The notes beneath the pieces were generated by a model, which saw only the letters and a list, made by a program, of their open reading frames with translations, did not search any database and was not told where the DNA came from. A program made the translations under genes and the position numbers. Of a DNA stretch of 64,000 bases, positions 1 to 9,499 are shown in pieces (the first letter of the stretch is position 1; each line of letters opens with the position of its first letter). Source of the stretch: Deltaproteobacteria bacterium (GTDB lineage Bacteria > Myxococcota_A > Polyangia > Nannocystales > Nannocystaceae); contig JADJRA010000001.1 of assembly GCA_016712475.1 (NCBI GenBank), positions 1,541,414-1,605,413 of the forward strand, written 5' to 3'.

Positions 1-417
1 ACGATCGAGCACGGCGCGGAGCAGCTGCGTTGCGTTCGCCTGAGCGAGAAGGGCCTCATGCGTTGGTACGCCGCGTGCTGTCGCACGCCGGTCGCCAACG
101 CGGTGTCTGGCAAGGTGCCGTTCATCGGGGTCGCCAAGGCGATGCTGCCCGAGGTCGGCGACGCCGAGGTCGGAGCCGCGATCGGCATCCACGGCCGACT
201 CGCCCCCGGTGGCTGTCCGCCCGGCGTGCATCCACGGGGTCCGCTCGGCCTGGTGTTGCACGCCTCGCGACTGATGTTGCGCTGGTGGTGGCGTGGCATG
301 GGCCAGCCGTCGGCGTTCTATGACGAGCACGCGCAGCCCCGCGTGGTGCCCGAGGTACTCGGTGCCTCGACGCGCACGTCGCTGGCCGAGCGGGATCGCA
401 TCGCGACCCCGGCTTGA
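1..417 (+). CDS. Hypothetical protein, 5'-truncated at the window edge; frame 1 reads from base 1 (TIEHGAEQLRCVRLSEKGLMRWYAACCRTPVANAVSGKVPFIGVAKAMLPEV...).
   Basis: The open frame runs in from the window start and shows protein-like composition (K, F, Y, W, cysteine pairs). I recognise no family. Confidence 0.4.
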   Translation, partial: TIEHGAEQLRCVRLSEKGLMRWYAACCRTPVANAVSGKVPFIGVAKAMLPEVGDAEVGAAIGIHGRLAPGGCPPGVHPRGPLGLVLHASRLMLRWWWRGMGQPSAFYDEHAQPRVVPEVLGASTRTSLAERDRIATPA

Positions 418-512
418 TGCGCCGCGGCATGGTCAGCGGCACTGCGACGCGGGCACGAACGCCATCCCCTCGGAGTGCGCGTGCACGCACGCGTCGCCCC
501 GCGCCACGCTGC

Positions 513-1247
513 TCAGCACAGGCCGATGCCGAGGTCGCAGACGCACACCATCGACACGCACTCGGCGGTGCAGCTGTCGGCCTCGCTGCAGCCGATGACG
601 CAATCGCTGCCGCACGTCAGCGTACAATCGCTGCCGGTGTGACAGCTCTGATTGCAGCTCTCGGCGCAGTCGAACGTGCAGTCGCCACCATCGCAGCTCT
701 GCTGGCAGTCCGCGCCGTTGCAGGTGAAGTCACAGGTCGCCCCGGCATCGCAGTCCTGCGGGCAGCCGCCGCCGTCGCAGCTGAACGTGCAGGTCGCCCC
801 GGCCGCGCACTCCTGCTGGCAGCCACCACCCGAGCAGGCGAAGCTACAGACCTGACCGGAATCGCAGATCTGGCCGCACCCGCCGGCGGGGCAATCCTCG
901 CCCGCACCGGTCTCGGCACCGGTGGGATCGGTGTCACCACTGTCGCTGGTGTCGGCGCTGGTGTCGGCGGTGGTGCCGGCGCTCGTGCCGGCGCTCGTGC
1001 CCGCGCTCGTGCCCGCCGTCGTCCCGGCGCTCGTGCCCGCCGTCGTCCCGGCGCTCGTGCCCGCCGTCGTCCCGGCGCTCGTGCCCGCCGTCGTGCCTGC
1101 GCTCGTCTGCGAGTCGCCGGTGTCACCGCCATCGTCGGCGTCGTCGCCGGTGGTCAACACGCAGCCGCCGGAGGGCACTGCAAGGCCGAGGGTGAGCAGG
1201 GCGGGGAACAGCAAGGAGTTCAGGGGAGCGCGCAGCTTGGATGACAT
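513..1247 (-). CDS. Secreted lipoprotein with a Thr/Ser/Ala/Gly repeat linker and a Myxococcus-type cysteine-rich repeat domain.
   Basis: Signal peptide with lipobox (LLTLGLAVPSGGC), then TSAGTTAG repeats, then a Cys-rich block (CDSGQVCSFACSGGGCQQECAAGATCTFSCDGGGC...) that resembles the TIGR02232-type myxobacterial Cys repeat. Confidence 0.7.
   Translation of the reverse strand: MSSKLRAPLNSLLFPALLTLGLAVPSGGCVLTTGDDADDGGDTGDSQTSAGTTAGTSAGTTAGTSAGTTAGTSAGTTAGTSAGTSAGTSAGTTADTSADTSDSGDTDPTGAETGAGEDCPAGGCGQICDSGQVCSFACSGGGCQQECAAGATCTFSCDGGGCPQDCDAGATCDFTCNGADCQQSCDGGDCTFDCAESCNQSCHTGSDCTLTCGSDCVIGCSEADSCTAECVSMVCVCDLGIGLC
975..1110. repeat. Tandem 24-bp (12-bp sub-unit) in-frame repeat, GCGCTCGTGCCCGCCGTCGTCCCG, at least three exact copies plus degenerate flanking copies.
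   Basis: The periodicity is directly visible at 975-1110. It lies inside the CDS at 513..1247 and encodes the GTSAGTTA linker. Confidence 0.8.
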
Positions 1248-1305
1248 TGCCGCGCGGTAGAGAACCGAGCGGGTCGAATCGATTGCGCCGCCGGTGTGGC
1301 GGCCG

Positions 1306-1783
1306 TCACGGCCCGTCGCAGGCGAGCGCCTGGGTCGAGGGCTGCCACGGGTCGGGGGTCACCGTGAACACGCGCTGCGTGGCCTCGCGCGTGCGCAGCA
1401 CCAGCTCGCGGAGCTCGTCGTCGTCGTAGCCCGGTGCGATCCAACGCGAGCGCATAGACCGTGCGCGCGTCATCGATCGCGACCGGCGCGACCCCGCCGT
1501 ACCGCGAACCACCGAGGTCGTCCCACCGGGTGAGCTCGTCGCCGCTCTCGGCATCGATGATGCTCACCCACCGATCGATCGCGGACTCGTCGTACCTCGG
1601 CGAGACCGAGCCCTCGTCGACGCCACCGACCACGAGCCAGTGGCCATCGGGTGAGGCGACCGTCCCGATTCGGGCGAAGGGGAACCACCGCACCCACGTC
1701 GCCTCCGGCTCGTCCGCGGGTGTGCGGCACGCCAGCAGCCCGAAGAGGGCGACGACCGCGACACGCCGATCCTTCGCGCGCAC
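1306..1783 (-). pseudogene. Lipoprotein gene with an apparent frameshift near 1440-1460; the N-terminal part is VRAKDRRVAVVALFGLLAC...GGVAPVAIDDARTVYALA and a second frame continues WIAPGYDDDELRELVLRTREATQRVFTVTPDPWQPSTQALACDGP to a stop at 1306.
   Basis: Two adjacent minus-strand frames each carry a protein-like segment and the switch falls near 1450. A GTG start at 1783 is followed by a lipobox signal peptide. Confidence 0.35.
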
Positions 1784-1846
1784 GCAGCCATGGTCGCACG
1801 GCGCGTGGTCATTGACGAGCTGGCGGCGCTCGGGAAGCATCGAGCC

Positions 1847-2506
1847 ATGACGACGGTGACGCAGCGAGCTCGGTGGTTGATGGTGTTCTCCCTGTCGCTC
1901 GCCTGCGAGCGCGCGGCCACGACGACGCCGGAGCCGGCAACGACGGCGACCGGCTCGGGCGCGGCCGCCAGCAGCAGTCTCGACGCCGAGCTCGTCGCCA
2001 TCGCGCGCAAGCAGGGCGTCGCGCAGAAGGCCAAGCTGCGCGTCGACGGCAGCGGCAACCTGCAGAAGCAGTCGCTCTACCACAGCGATGCCGCCGCGGT
2101 GCCCGAGGCCGCACGCGCGCTGGTCGAGAAGCGGTGGCCGGGCGCCAAGGTGCGCGGCTACGAGTCCGAGCGCTACGCCGAGCATGGACGCGTCGACGAG
2201 ATCGAGGTCACCACCGCCGAGGGTGCCGAGTGCGAGCTGGCCGTGAAGCAGGACGGCTCGACGCTCTACGAGGAGTGCCGCATCGCGCTCGACGCGATGC
2301 CGCCCGCGGTCGCTAGCAAGGTCGCGGCGCTGTTCCCCGATGGCAGCATCCACGAGGCCGAGACCAAGAAGGGCGAAGGCGTCGACGAGCTCACCATCGA
2401 GGTCACCGCCGGCGGCAAGGAGTACTACCTGCGCATGCGCCCCGACGGCGAGGTGCTCGCGAAGCTGCTGCGGATCCCCGCCGTGCTCGAGGTCCCGATC
2501 GACTGA
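1847..2506 (+). CDS. Hypothetical lipoprotein (MTTVTQRARWLMVFSLSLAC...).
   Basis: Good K/E/Y-rich frame. The lipobox signal begins at the internal ATG at 1847; the longer ORF from 1790 would overlap the divergent gene. Confidence 0.6.
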   Translation: MTTVTQRARWLMVFSLSLACERAATTTPEPATTATGSGAAASSSLDAELVAIARKQGVAQKAKLRVDGSGNLQKQSLYHSDAAAVPEAARALVEKRWPGAKVRGYESERYAEHGRVDEIEVTTAEGAECELAVKQDGSTLYEECRIALDAMPPAVASKVAALFPDGSIHEAETKKGEGVDELTIEVTAGGKEYYLRMRPDGEVLAKLLRIPAVLEVPID

Positions 2507-2549
2507 CGCGCGTCCCCACCGCGCGGCGCATTCGTCTACATTGCGGCCC

Positions 2550-3227
2550 GTGCCCGACCGCACCCGTGAGCTCCTCGTCGGACCCGCCCCTGATCGCCCG
2601 CGCACGAGCACCGGTGAGATCCTGCAGGTACCCGCGGGCTGGGAGCTGCTGCCGCCCGGCGATGCCGGCCTCACGCGGCGCGTGAAGGCGGCAGGTCCGA
2701 CATGGACGATCCGCGAACCCAAGGGTCGCAAGATGTTCTCGCGCGGACTGTGGGCCCCGCGCGAGACCATCGCCCGCGAGCGCGCCAAGCTCGATGAGGA
2801 GCGCGCCGATCCACGTTGGGCGCAGCGCCTCGAGGCCGATCGCCGCCGTCGTGACGCCGCGCAATCGGACTACGTCGAGACCTTCTTCGCGGCGGTCTAT
2901 CGATTCCTCGCCTTTGCCGACCGCCACCGCGAGCTCGCCGCGTTGGTCGCCAAGGCGATCACCGATCACGCGGTGCCGGTCGGCAGCGGCACCGTCGCGC
3001 GCACGCAGCGGATCCCGATCGAGCGCCGCGCCGAGGCAGCGACCATCGCATGGCTGCGGCACCAGACCACCGCCTATGACAGCATGTCGATCCCGCGGGT
3101 CCGTGGCATGCGACGCGAGGTCCGGCGCCTGCTCGCCGAGCAATCGCGACGCGTGCTCGGTCGCTATCGCAGCAGCGAAGCGGTCGACGAGGCCACATGC
3201 GTGCTGCGACGCGCCTTGCGAGCGTGA
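2550..3227 (+). CDS. DUF2293-like protein.
   Basis: The conserved-looking block VPVGSGTVARTQRIPIERRAEAATIAWLRHQTTAYDSMSIPRVRGMRREVRRLLA matches my memory of DUF2293. The start is taken as GTG at 2550 (or TTG at 2541), after the upstream stop at 2506. Confidence 0.5.
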   Translation: MPDRTRELLVGPAPDRPRTSTGEILQVPAGWELLPPGDAGLTRRVKAAGPTWTIREPKGRKMFSRGLWAPRETIARERAKLDEERADPRWAQRLEADRRRRDAAQSDYVETFFAAVYRFLAFADRHRELAALVAKAITDHAVPVGSGTVARTQRIPIERRAEAATIAWLRHQTTAYDSMSIPRVRGMRREVRRLLAEQSRRVLGRYRSSEAVDEATCVLRRALRA

Positions 3228-3242
3228 CACGCCGACGCAGAG

Positions 3243-4619
3243 CTACCCGACCGGTGGCGGAGGCGGCGGCGGCTTGTCGTGGCACACGCTGATCTCGAGG
3301 ATCATGTACAGCAAGATGAGCTCCTGCGGATTCAACCCGGGGTGGGCGACGCTGGAGTTCTCGAAGGTGCTGTACATCATGCGGCCGCAGCCCCACTGAC
3401 CGCTGATCGCCATGGGGCGGATCTTCGTCGGGTCGCTGCAGCTCGTGCACGGGCCCTCGACCCAGGTGTGGTGGCCGACGTCGACGTCCATGCCATCCTC
3501 GTCTTGCACGATGATCGGCGTGGTCGACTCGATGCCAGAGTAGTTGAGCTGCAGCTCGACGCTCGGCAGCGCGTTCAGTGTCGGGTTGCCGCCGCCGATG
3601 TCCTTCAAGCCAGGCGGCAGCGCCTGCAGCCACGCGAGCAGCTCGTCATCGACCACGCTGCCGTTCACGTCGTAGGCGGGCTGGATGTCCGGCATCCCCG
3701 GCGAGTGGAACTCTTGGTAGTCGGCGAACGGGGCCTCGATGTACTCGTTCGAGTGATCGGTGGCGTACCACTTGCCGCCGCCGGCCACGTAGTCGCGGAT
3801 GTTCTGCGCGCGGAGGATCGGCACCGACGGCGCGCCCAGCCAGAACTTCGTCGCCGCGCAGGGCACGAAGATGATGTGGTACTGGCTCATGCCGATGAAG
3901 TCGTCCATGAACGCGCCCTGATCGGAATCCGAGATCAACGTGAACTGCTGCGTGCCGGGCACGAGCTCGCCGTTGGCGGACACCTCGCCGAGCCCGAACT
4001 TCGCGAGCACGTTGAACACGCGATCGGGATCGGTCTCGTACACCGCGATCTTGGGGATCCACATGCCCGCCGCGGGGTTCCATTCGCCGGGTAGGCTGCT
4101 CTGCTCGGCCGGCACCGGGTTGCCGCCCTCGACGACGTCGAAGTCGACGACGCGGAGGAACTCGCCCTTCTGCACCACCAGCTGCTGGCCGGGGCCCGCG
4201 GTCGCCGGCAGCGAGAAGCTGCCGTCGGGCTCGGTGAGCACGAACGGCGTGTCGCACGAGAGCTCGACGCACGACGAGCAGTAGACCTTGTCGGGCACCG
4301 GCTCGACCTCGTCGTCGGTGAGGTAGACCAGCGCGCCGCTGATCGGGATCTGCATGTTGGGCGCGTAGACCGTGCCCGTGAGCGTCGCGTTGGACCCGGG
4401 CAAGGGCGGGCAATCGTTGCCGCCCTCCTCGCCACCGCCGGTCACACCCCCCTCGCCGATGTCGAAGCGCTCGCCGGTGTCCACCCCGACCGGGCCCGTG
4501 CTCGGGCTGCTCCCCGCGGTGTTGGCCGTGACGCTGACCTCGACGGGATCCTCGCGCACCGTGGTCCCACACGCCCCAAGCGACAGGGACACGACCGACA
4601 GCAGTGGCACGGCGCGCAT
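3243..4619 (-). CDS. Secreted lipoprotein of unknown function; poly-Pro C-terminus.
   Basis: Start MRAVPLLSVVSLSLGACG with lipobox. The frame is long and protein-like (many Y, F, W, K). The N-terminal 95 codons of the listed ORF are antisense noise. Confidence 0.7.
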   Translation of the reverse strand: MRAVPLLSVVSLSLGACGTTVREDPVEVSVTANTAGSSPSTGPVGVDTGERFDIGEGGVTGGGEEGGNDCPPLPGSNATLTGTVYAPNMQIPISGALVYLTDDEVEPVPDKVYCSSCVELSCDTPFVLTEPDGSFSLPATAGPGQQLVVQKGEFLRVVDFDVVEGGNPVPAEQSSLPGEWNPAAGMWIPKIAVYETDPDRVFNVLAKFGLGEVSANGELVPGTQQFTLISDSDQGAFMDDFIGMSQYHIIFVPCAATKFWLGAPSVPILRAQNIRDYVAGGGKWYATDHSNEYIEAPFADYQEFHSPGMPDIQPAYDVNGSVVDDELLAWLQALPPGLKDIGGGNPTLNALPSVELQLNYSGIESTTPIIVQDEDGMDVDVGHHTWVEGPCTSCSDPTKIRPMAISGQWGCGRMMYSTFENSSVAHPGLNPQELILLYMILEISVCHDKPPPPPPPVG

Positions 4620-4764
4620 GGTGCCGGCCACGTTACCCCAGGGCGCCCCGCGGTTCCTGATCCGGCTAGGATTTCGTGTGGCGCTGGATGGGCTGAGGTG
4701 GTCAGGGACGCCGCGTCGGCGCGCAGGTTCGCGCGGCCGAGCGCGGCGGCCCACCCGCTGCGCG

Positions 4765-6075
4765 TCATAGACACGCGCAGAGGTTGATCGCGCCCGGCGA
4801 CACACCGTAGGTACCCGCGTCGCAGTGGCTGATCGCGACCTTCGGGCCCCGCGAGTGCGCACAGACCGAGGCCGGACACACGCCGAACGGAACATACACG
4901 CCACACGTGTCGAGCGGGAGCAGCTCGATGACGTCCTTCACCACGCCGGCGCCACCGATGAGTCCGCCGAGGCCACCGTCAGGGCGGGGCGCCTTCTTCG
5001 CTTCGGCAGCGATGGTGGTCGCGAGCATCTGCATCGGTTCGGTCGTGCCGCGGCCCACGAACGCGTGGCTGCCGTCGTCGCCGCGAAACCACACGTCGCC
5101 GCAGACGGTCCGCATGTCGCCGCCGTCGAGTTCGTCGAGCAGCGATGCCGCGCCGAGGTTGAAGCGGTCGGCGGTCGTGAAGCTCGCGCCCGCGAAATCG
5201 ATGGCAACGGTGAGGCCACCGCTGCTGTCGAGGGTTGCCGCTTCGTCGGCCGCGAGCCGTACGCCGATGCGGAACTCGGGCAGCTCCTGCAGCGGGAACG
5301 CAACGGAGTACAGGTTCTCCGCGGGGTCGAAGTCGCCGGCCGACACGACGATCTCCACCGCCGTCGTGCCCTCCAGCACGTCGACGATCGATGGCGTCCG
5401 CTCCTCGATCGGCGATGCCGTCATCGTGCCGAGCGCACCAGGACGCAGGACCCAGCTCGCCTCACCCGCATCGGCATACGGCAGTGCCGACTCGTAGTTG
5501 CCCGCCGTGTAGGCAGCGACCAGGTCGCTGCTATCGACATCGCCATCCCCATCGAAGTCGCCCTCGGCCCAGCCGACCTCGCCATCGACGTCGGGCGACT
5601 CGTAGTGCCCAGACTCGAACATCGCGACGAGATCGTCCGACCCGAAGCGACCATCGCAGTTCGCATCGCCCGGCTGCGGTCGCAGCAGCGTGATCTCTGC
5701 ATCGACGGAGCCAGACACCGTCACGGTGTGGTAGCCCGGCGCGACGCCGGCGTCGGGCAGGATGAGCGCGACGAAGCGCCCCGACCCGCTGGGCGCGAGC
5801 TCGAGCGGGAAGCCGTCGAGCGTCGCATCGAGCGCGAAGACGCCCGCCGTCTCCTCGACCGAGCCATCGAAGCCGACCGCCAGGATTGCGCCCTCCCCAT
5901 GCGGGGTCCAGCAGTGCGGCGCGGCGAGGCGGCCGTCGAGCACGGCTGCCCAGGTCGCCGCAGGCGTCTGCGCCCGCGTGGGGTTCTCGAGCTCCAGGGC
6001 TGCGCGGGGACTCTCGTTGTCCGCGCAAGCAACGAGGACGAGCAAGGTCATGAGGTGATGTCGACACATGTTCAT
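4765..6075 (-). CDS. Secreted lipoprotein with dockerin-like calcium-binding repeats.
   Basis: Start MNMCRHHLMTLLVLVACADNE. Two dockerin-type segments: DANCDGRFGSDDLVAMFESGHYE and DFDGDGDVDSSDLVAAYTAGNYE. Confidence 0.7.
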   Translation of the reverse strand: MNMCRHHLMTLLVLVACADNESPRAALELENPTRAQTPAATWAAVLDGRLAAPHCWTPHGEGAILAVGFDGSVEETAGVFALDATLDGFPLELAPSGSGRFVALILPDAGVAPGYHTVTVSGSVDAEITLLRPQPGDANCDGRFGSDDLVAMFESGHYESPDVDGEVGWAEGDFDGDGDVDSSDLVAAYTAGNYESALPYADAGEASWVLRPGALGTMTASPIEERTPSIVDVLEGTTAVEIVVSAGDFDPAENLYSVAFPLQELPEFRIGVRLAADEAATLDSSGGLTVAIDFAGASFTTADRFNLGAASLLDELDGGDMRTVCGDVWFRGDDGSHAFVGRGTTEPMQMLATTIAAEAKKAPRPDGGLGGLIGGAGVVKDVIELLPLDTCGVYVPFGVCPASVCAHSRGPKVAISHCDAGTYGVSPGAINLCACL

Positions 6076-6176
6076 TTGCTTCCACCATCCGCGGCCGCCG
6101 GCCGCCATCGGGTTCGCAGATGGATTGCCGGTCGAGTCGAAACGGATGCATGATTTCGTGTGGTCGGGTGGGTGGC

Positions 6177-8726
6177 ATGACCGGTGGTGATGGCGACGAC
6201 GCGGCGTTCGGCCGTGCGCTGGGAGACGTGCGGCAACTCGAGCTCGCGGACGAAGCGACCGTGCGCGCCGACCTGTTCGCGCGGATGGGCATCGCTCCGA
6301 TCGCCGCGCGCCTCGGAGGTCGCTACACACTCGGTCGTCGCCTCGGAAGCGGCGGTTCTGGGGCGGTCTACGCCGCGCGTGACGACAAGCTCGGTCGCGA
6401 CGTCGCCATCAAGCTCGTGCGCGTCGGCGGCCTCGATGGCTTCGATGACTCGGCCTCCGAGGGTCGACTACGCCGCGAGGCGAGAGCCATCGCCCGTCTC
6501 GCCCATCCGAACATCGTCGCGGTGTTCGATCTCGGTCGCTACGACTTCGGCGAGCTCGGCTACGAGCTCGCCGACGCTCCGGCGCGCGGCCTGTACCTCG
6601 TCATGGAGCTCGTCGACGGTGGTGACCTCGCCGGGTGGGCGGCCTCGGGGGCGAGCTTCGCCGCGCGCATCGAAGTCTTGATCGGCGTGGCCCGCGGTCT
6701 GCACGCAGCTCACGGCGCGGGCCTGGTCCACCGCGACGTCAAGCCGGCGAACGTCATCATCGCCCGCGACGGGACGCCGAAGCTCGCGGACTTCGGTCTC
6801 GCGCGACCCCCGGCCGAGACGACCCGAGATGCCGGGTCAGCGGACGATGACGAGGCGCCGCGCGACGACGTGACGGCACACGGCACGGTCGTCGGAACGC
6901 TGCCGTACATGGCGCCCGAGCAGTTCGGCGGCAGCTCGAGCGCCGCAAGCGATCAGTACGCGTTCTGCGTCACGGCGGTGGAAATCCTGCTGGGTGAACG
7001 GCCGTTCGTCGGTGACGCGAGCGAACAACTCGCGGCGAAGCGCGCTGGCCGAGCCCCCGCGCTCGAGCGACTGCCGCCGCGACTGCGCGCTGCGCTGCAA
7101 CGCGGCCTGTGCACGGATCCCGCGGATCGATTTGGGTCGATGCTCGAGCTGAGCGAAGCGCTCGCCCCGGCGCCGCAACGGCGCTTCGCACTCGTCGGCG
7201 CCGCGGCGCTCCTCGGCATCGCACTCGCAGGGTGGATCGCCACCCCCGACGACGCCTGTGCACCGCTCGCGCGGGCCGCCAGTGCGGTCGAGCGCATGCC
7301 GTCGGCGGCCGCACTCGCCGCGACACTCGAAGACGAGGCATCGCGCCTTCGCGCCACACATGCGGCCTGCCTCACCCTCGACGACCCGGACACGCGCGCG
7401 TGCATGGGCCAGCGTGGTCGTCAGCACGAGCGCCTGCTCGCGAGTCTGGGCGACATCGATGCCCCTGCGATGCTCCGAGCGTTCCACGCGCTGCCCCCCG
7501 CCGACGAGTGTGTCGCGCTGCGTGCGGTCGCGTCGGCACCGCCCGAAGCGCTCCGCGACGGTGTCGATGCCGTGCACGAGTTCGTCGTCACCGCACGAGC
7601 ACTCGCCGACGCAGGCGAGCTCGAATCTGCAGCGGTCCAGGCGGGTCACGCCATCGCGACCGCACGACGCCTCGACTGGCCGCCGGCGCTCGTCGAGGCC
7701 AGCATCGTGCACGCGCACGTCGAGTTCGGCCTCGGCCGGGTCGACGCCGCAGAGATCGAGCTCGTCGACGCCTACTGGTCGGCGGTCGAGCTCGGCAATC
7801 TGCCGGAGACCGAGCGCGCGGCTGAGCATCTCGCCCACCTGCACGGCCGTCCTGGAGGCGACCGCGGCGAGGCGGAGCGCTGGGAGAAGCGCGCGAATGC
7901 CTCGCTCGACGGCATGGGCCGACCACCGTTCGCCGAGGCTCGCCTCGCCGCGATCCGCGGTGCGAACCGCAACGCGTGGCACGACGAGCCGGCAGCCATC
8001 GTCGAGTTCCGCCACGCGCTCGCACTGCTCGAAGCGCAGGGTCTCGACTACCGTCGACAGATCGCGACCCTGTCGAGCAACCTCGGCGAGATGCTCACAC
8101 GGACTGGCCAGCACGCCGAGGCGGAGCGCATGCTGCTGCGTGCGATCGAGCTCGGCGACCCGGAGGGCATCGCATCGGTTCCCGCCCTGATGCACCTCTC
8201 GACCCTGCGACGATCGCAACAGCGCCTCGACGAGGCCGACGCGCTGATCCGCGACGCGATTGCGCGGCTCGACACGGCGGCACCTGCCGGCCATCCATGG
8301 CGCGGGCAGATCTTCAACAACCTCGGGGTCATCGCAACACTGCGGCCGGACTTTGCGTCCGCGGCCGACGCGTTCGCGACCGCGGTGCGATCGCACGAGC
8401 AGCTCGGCCTGCGCGACGCAGCGTGGGCGGGGTACCACAAGAACTGGGCCACCGCGGCGGCGCGCATGCACGAGTGGAGCACGGCGATCGAGCACTTCGA
8501 GATTGCGCTCGCGGTGCTCACGAGCGCCGACCCTCGCCGCGACCAAGCGCTCGTCGGCCTCGCCGAAGCCAACCTCGAACTCGGTGACGTCTCGGCCGCC
8601 GCGACCCGCCTGCGCGAGGTCGACCCGTCCCTGCTGGCCCGCGATGCGAGCATGGTGGCCGAAGTCGACGCGCTGCGCGCTCGCATCACCGCCGCCGAGG
8701 CCGAGCGGATAGGATCCCCCGAGTGA
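6177..8726 (+). CDS. Serine/threonine protein kinase with a C-terminal TPR-like alpha-helical domain.
   Basis: Gly-rich loop LGSGGSGAVY, catalytic lysine in AIKLV, catalytic loop HRDVKPANVII, DFG motif (KLADFGLAR) and APE motif (YMAPEQ). A TPR-like repeat region follows. Confidence 0.85.
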   Translation: MTGGDGDDAAFGRALGDVRQLELADEATVRADLFARMGIAPIAARLGGRYTLGRRLGSGGSGAVYAARDDKLGRDVAIKLVRVGGLDGFDDSASEGRLRREARAIARLAHPNIVAVFDLGRYDFGELGYELADAPARGLYLVMELVDGGDLAGWAASGASFAARIEVLIGVARGLHAAHGAGLVHRDVKPANVIIARDGTPKLADFGLARPPAETTRDAGSADDDEAPRDDVTAHGTVVGTLPYMAPEQFGGSSSAASDQYAFCVTAVEILLGERPFVGDASEQLAAKRAGRAPALERLPPRLRAALQRGLCTDPADRFGSMLELSEALAPAPQRRFALVGAAALLGIALAGWIATPDDACAPLARAASAVERMPSAAALAATLEDEASRLRATHAACLTLDDPDTRACMGQRGRQHERLLASLGDIDAPAMLRAFHALPPADECVALRAVASAPPEALRDGVDAVHEFVVTARALADAGELESAAVQAGHAIATARRLDWPPALVEASIVHAHVEFGLGRVDAAEIELVDAYWSAVELGNLPETERAAEHLAHLHGRPGGDRGEAERWEKRANASLDGMGRPPFAEARLAAIRGANRNAWHDEPAAIVEFRHALALLEAQGLDYRRQIATLSSNLGEMLTRTGQHAEAERMLLRAIELGDPEGIASVPALMHLSTLRRSQQRLDEADALIRDAIARLDTAAPAGHPWRGQIFNNLGVIATLRPDFASAADAFATAVRSHEQLGLRDAAWAGYHKNWATAAARMHEWSTAIEHFEIALAVLTSADPRRDQALVGLAEANLELGDVSAAATRLREVDPSLLARDASMVAEVDALRARITAAEAERIGSPE

Positions 8727-9334
8727 CGGAGATCGGTGACGAAGCGCTGCTCGCGGCATGGCAGGCCGGCGACAAGGCTGCCGGCGACGTGCTCGTGCGG
8801 CGCTACTTCTCGCTGCTGTTCCGATTCCTCAAGCCGCGTGTCGCCGAGCACACGGCCGACCTCGCGCAGCGCACGTTCCTCGCCATCTCGCAGTCACACG
8901 AGCGGATCCCTGCGGGCGTCAGCTTTCGCGCCTGGCTCCTGGGGGTCGCACGCAACCAACTGCTCGCGTTCGGGCGCGCGAGCGCAAGGCGCTCCCTCGT
9001 GGTCGGCGGCGCGCCGATCTCGGGGGTCGCAGGCGACGCGACGCCCAGCGAAGTCGTCGCGCACCGCGAGGAGCAGCGCGTCTTGCTTCGCGGACTGCGA
9101 ACCCTCCCGATCGAGATGCAGCTCGTGATCGAGCTCTTCTACTGGGAGAACATGTCGCGGGAGGAGATCGCGGCGGTGCTCGGCGTCGAGACCAATACCG
9201 TCAAGTCGCGACTGCAGCGCGCGAAGGATCGCCTGCGCGAGCTGCTCCCGCGGCTCGATCCCGTGACCGGCAGCGTGACAGCGGCCGATCTGGAGCGCTG
9301 GGCGCAGTCACTGCGTCCGCCGGATTCGGCCTGA
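8723..9334 (+). CDS. ECF-type RNA polymerase sigma-70 factor.
   Basis: Sigma70 region 2 (YFSLLFRFLKPRV...AQRTFLAI) and region 4 (NMSREEIAAVLGVETNTVKSRLQRAKDRLRELL). The ATG overlaps the kinase stop (ATGA). Confidence 0.85.
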   Translation: MTEIGDEALLAAWQAGDKAAGDVLVRRYFSLLFRFLKPRVAEHTADLAQRTFLAISQSHERIPAGVSFRAWLLGVARNQLLAFGRASARRSLVVGGAPISGVAGDATPSEVVAHREEQRVLLRGLRTLPIEMQLVIELFYWENMSREEIAAVLGVETNTVKSRLQRAKDRLRELLPRLDPVTGSVTAADLERWAQSLRPPDSA

Positions 9335-9499
9335 CGCGAGTCCGTCGACGCCGCGAACCACTGCGCCCCCGTTGCGAGTGTTCTCCTCCGGCCGCACCCG
9401 ACGGTCGGGACACCGGTCGAACGATCGTCCGCTGCGCGCTACCGATCGATCACGCGACCTCGGGTTGCATGCCCCGCGTCGTCCGGCACCCTGTCCGCG

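Noticed and set aside
414-1244. 276-aa plus-strand ORF with an ARARRRPGARARRRPG repeat
   Set aside because: It is the antisense reading of the 24-bp tandem repeat inside the Cys-repeat lipoprotein gene, and the minus-strand frame (signal peptide, lipobox, Cys repeats) is far better.
1790-1846. Upstream ATG extension of the lipoprotein at 1847
   Set aside because: It would place the start 6 nt from the divergent gene's start and in front of a better signal peptide that begins at the internal ATG.
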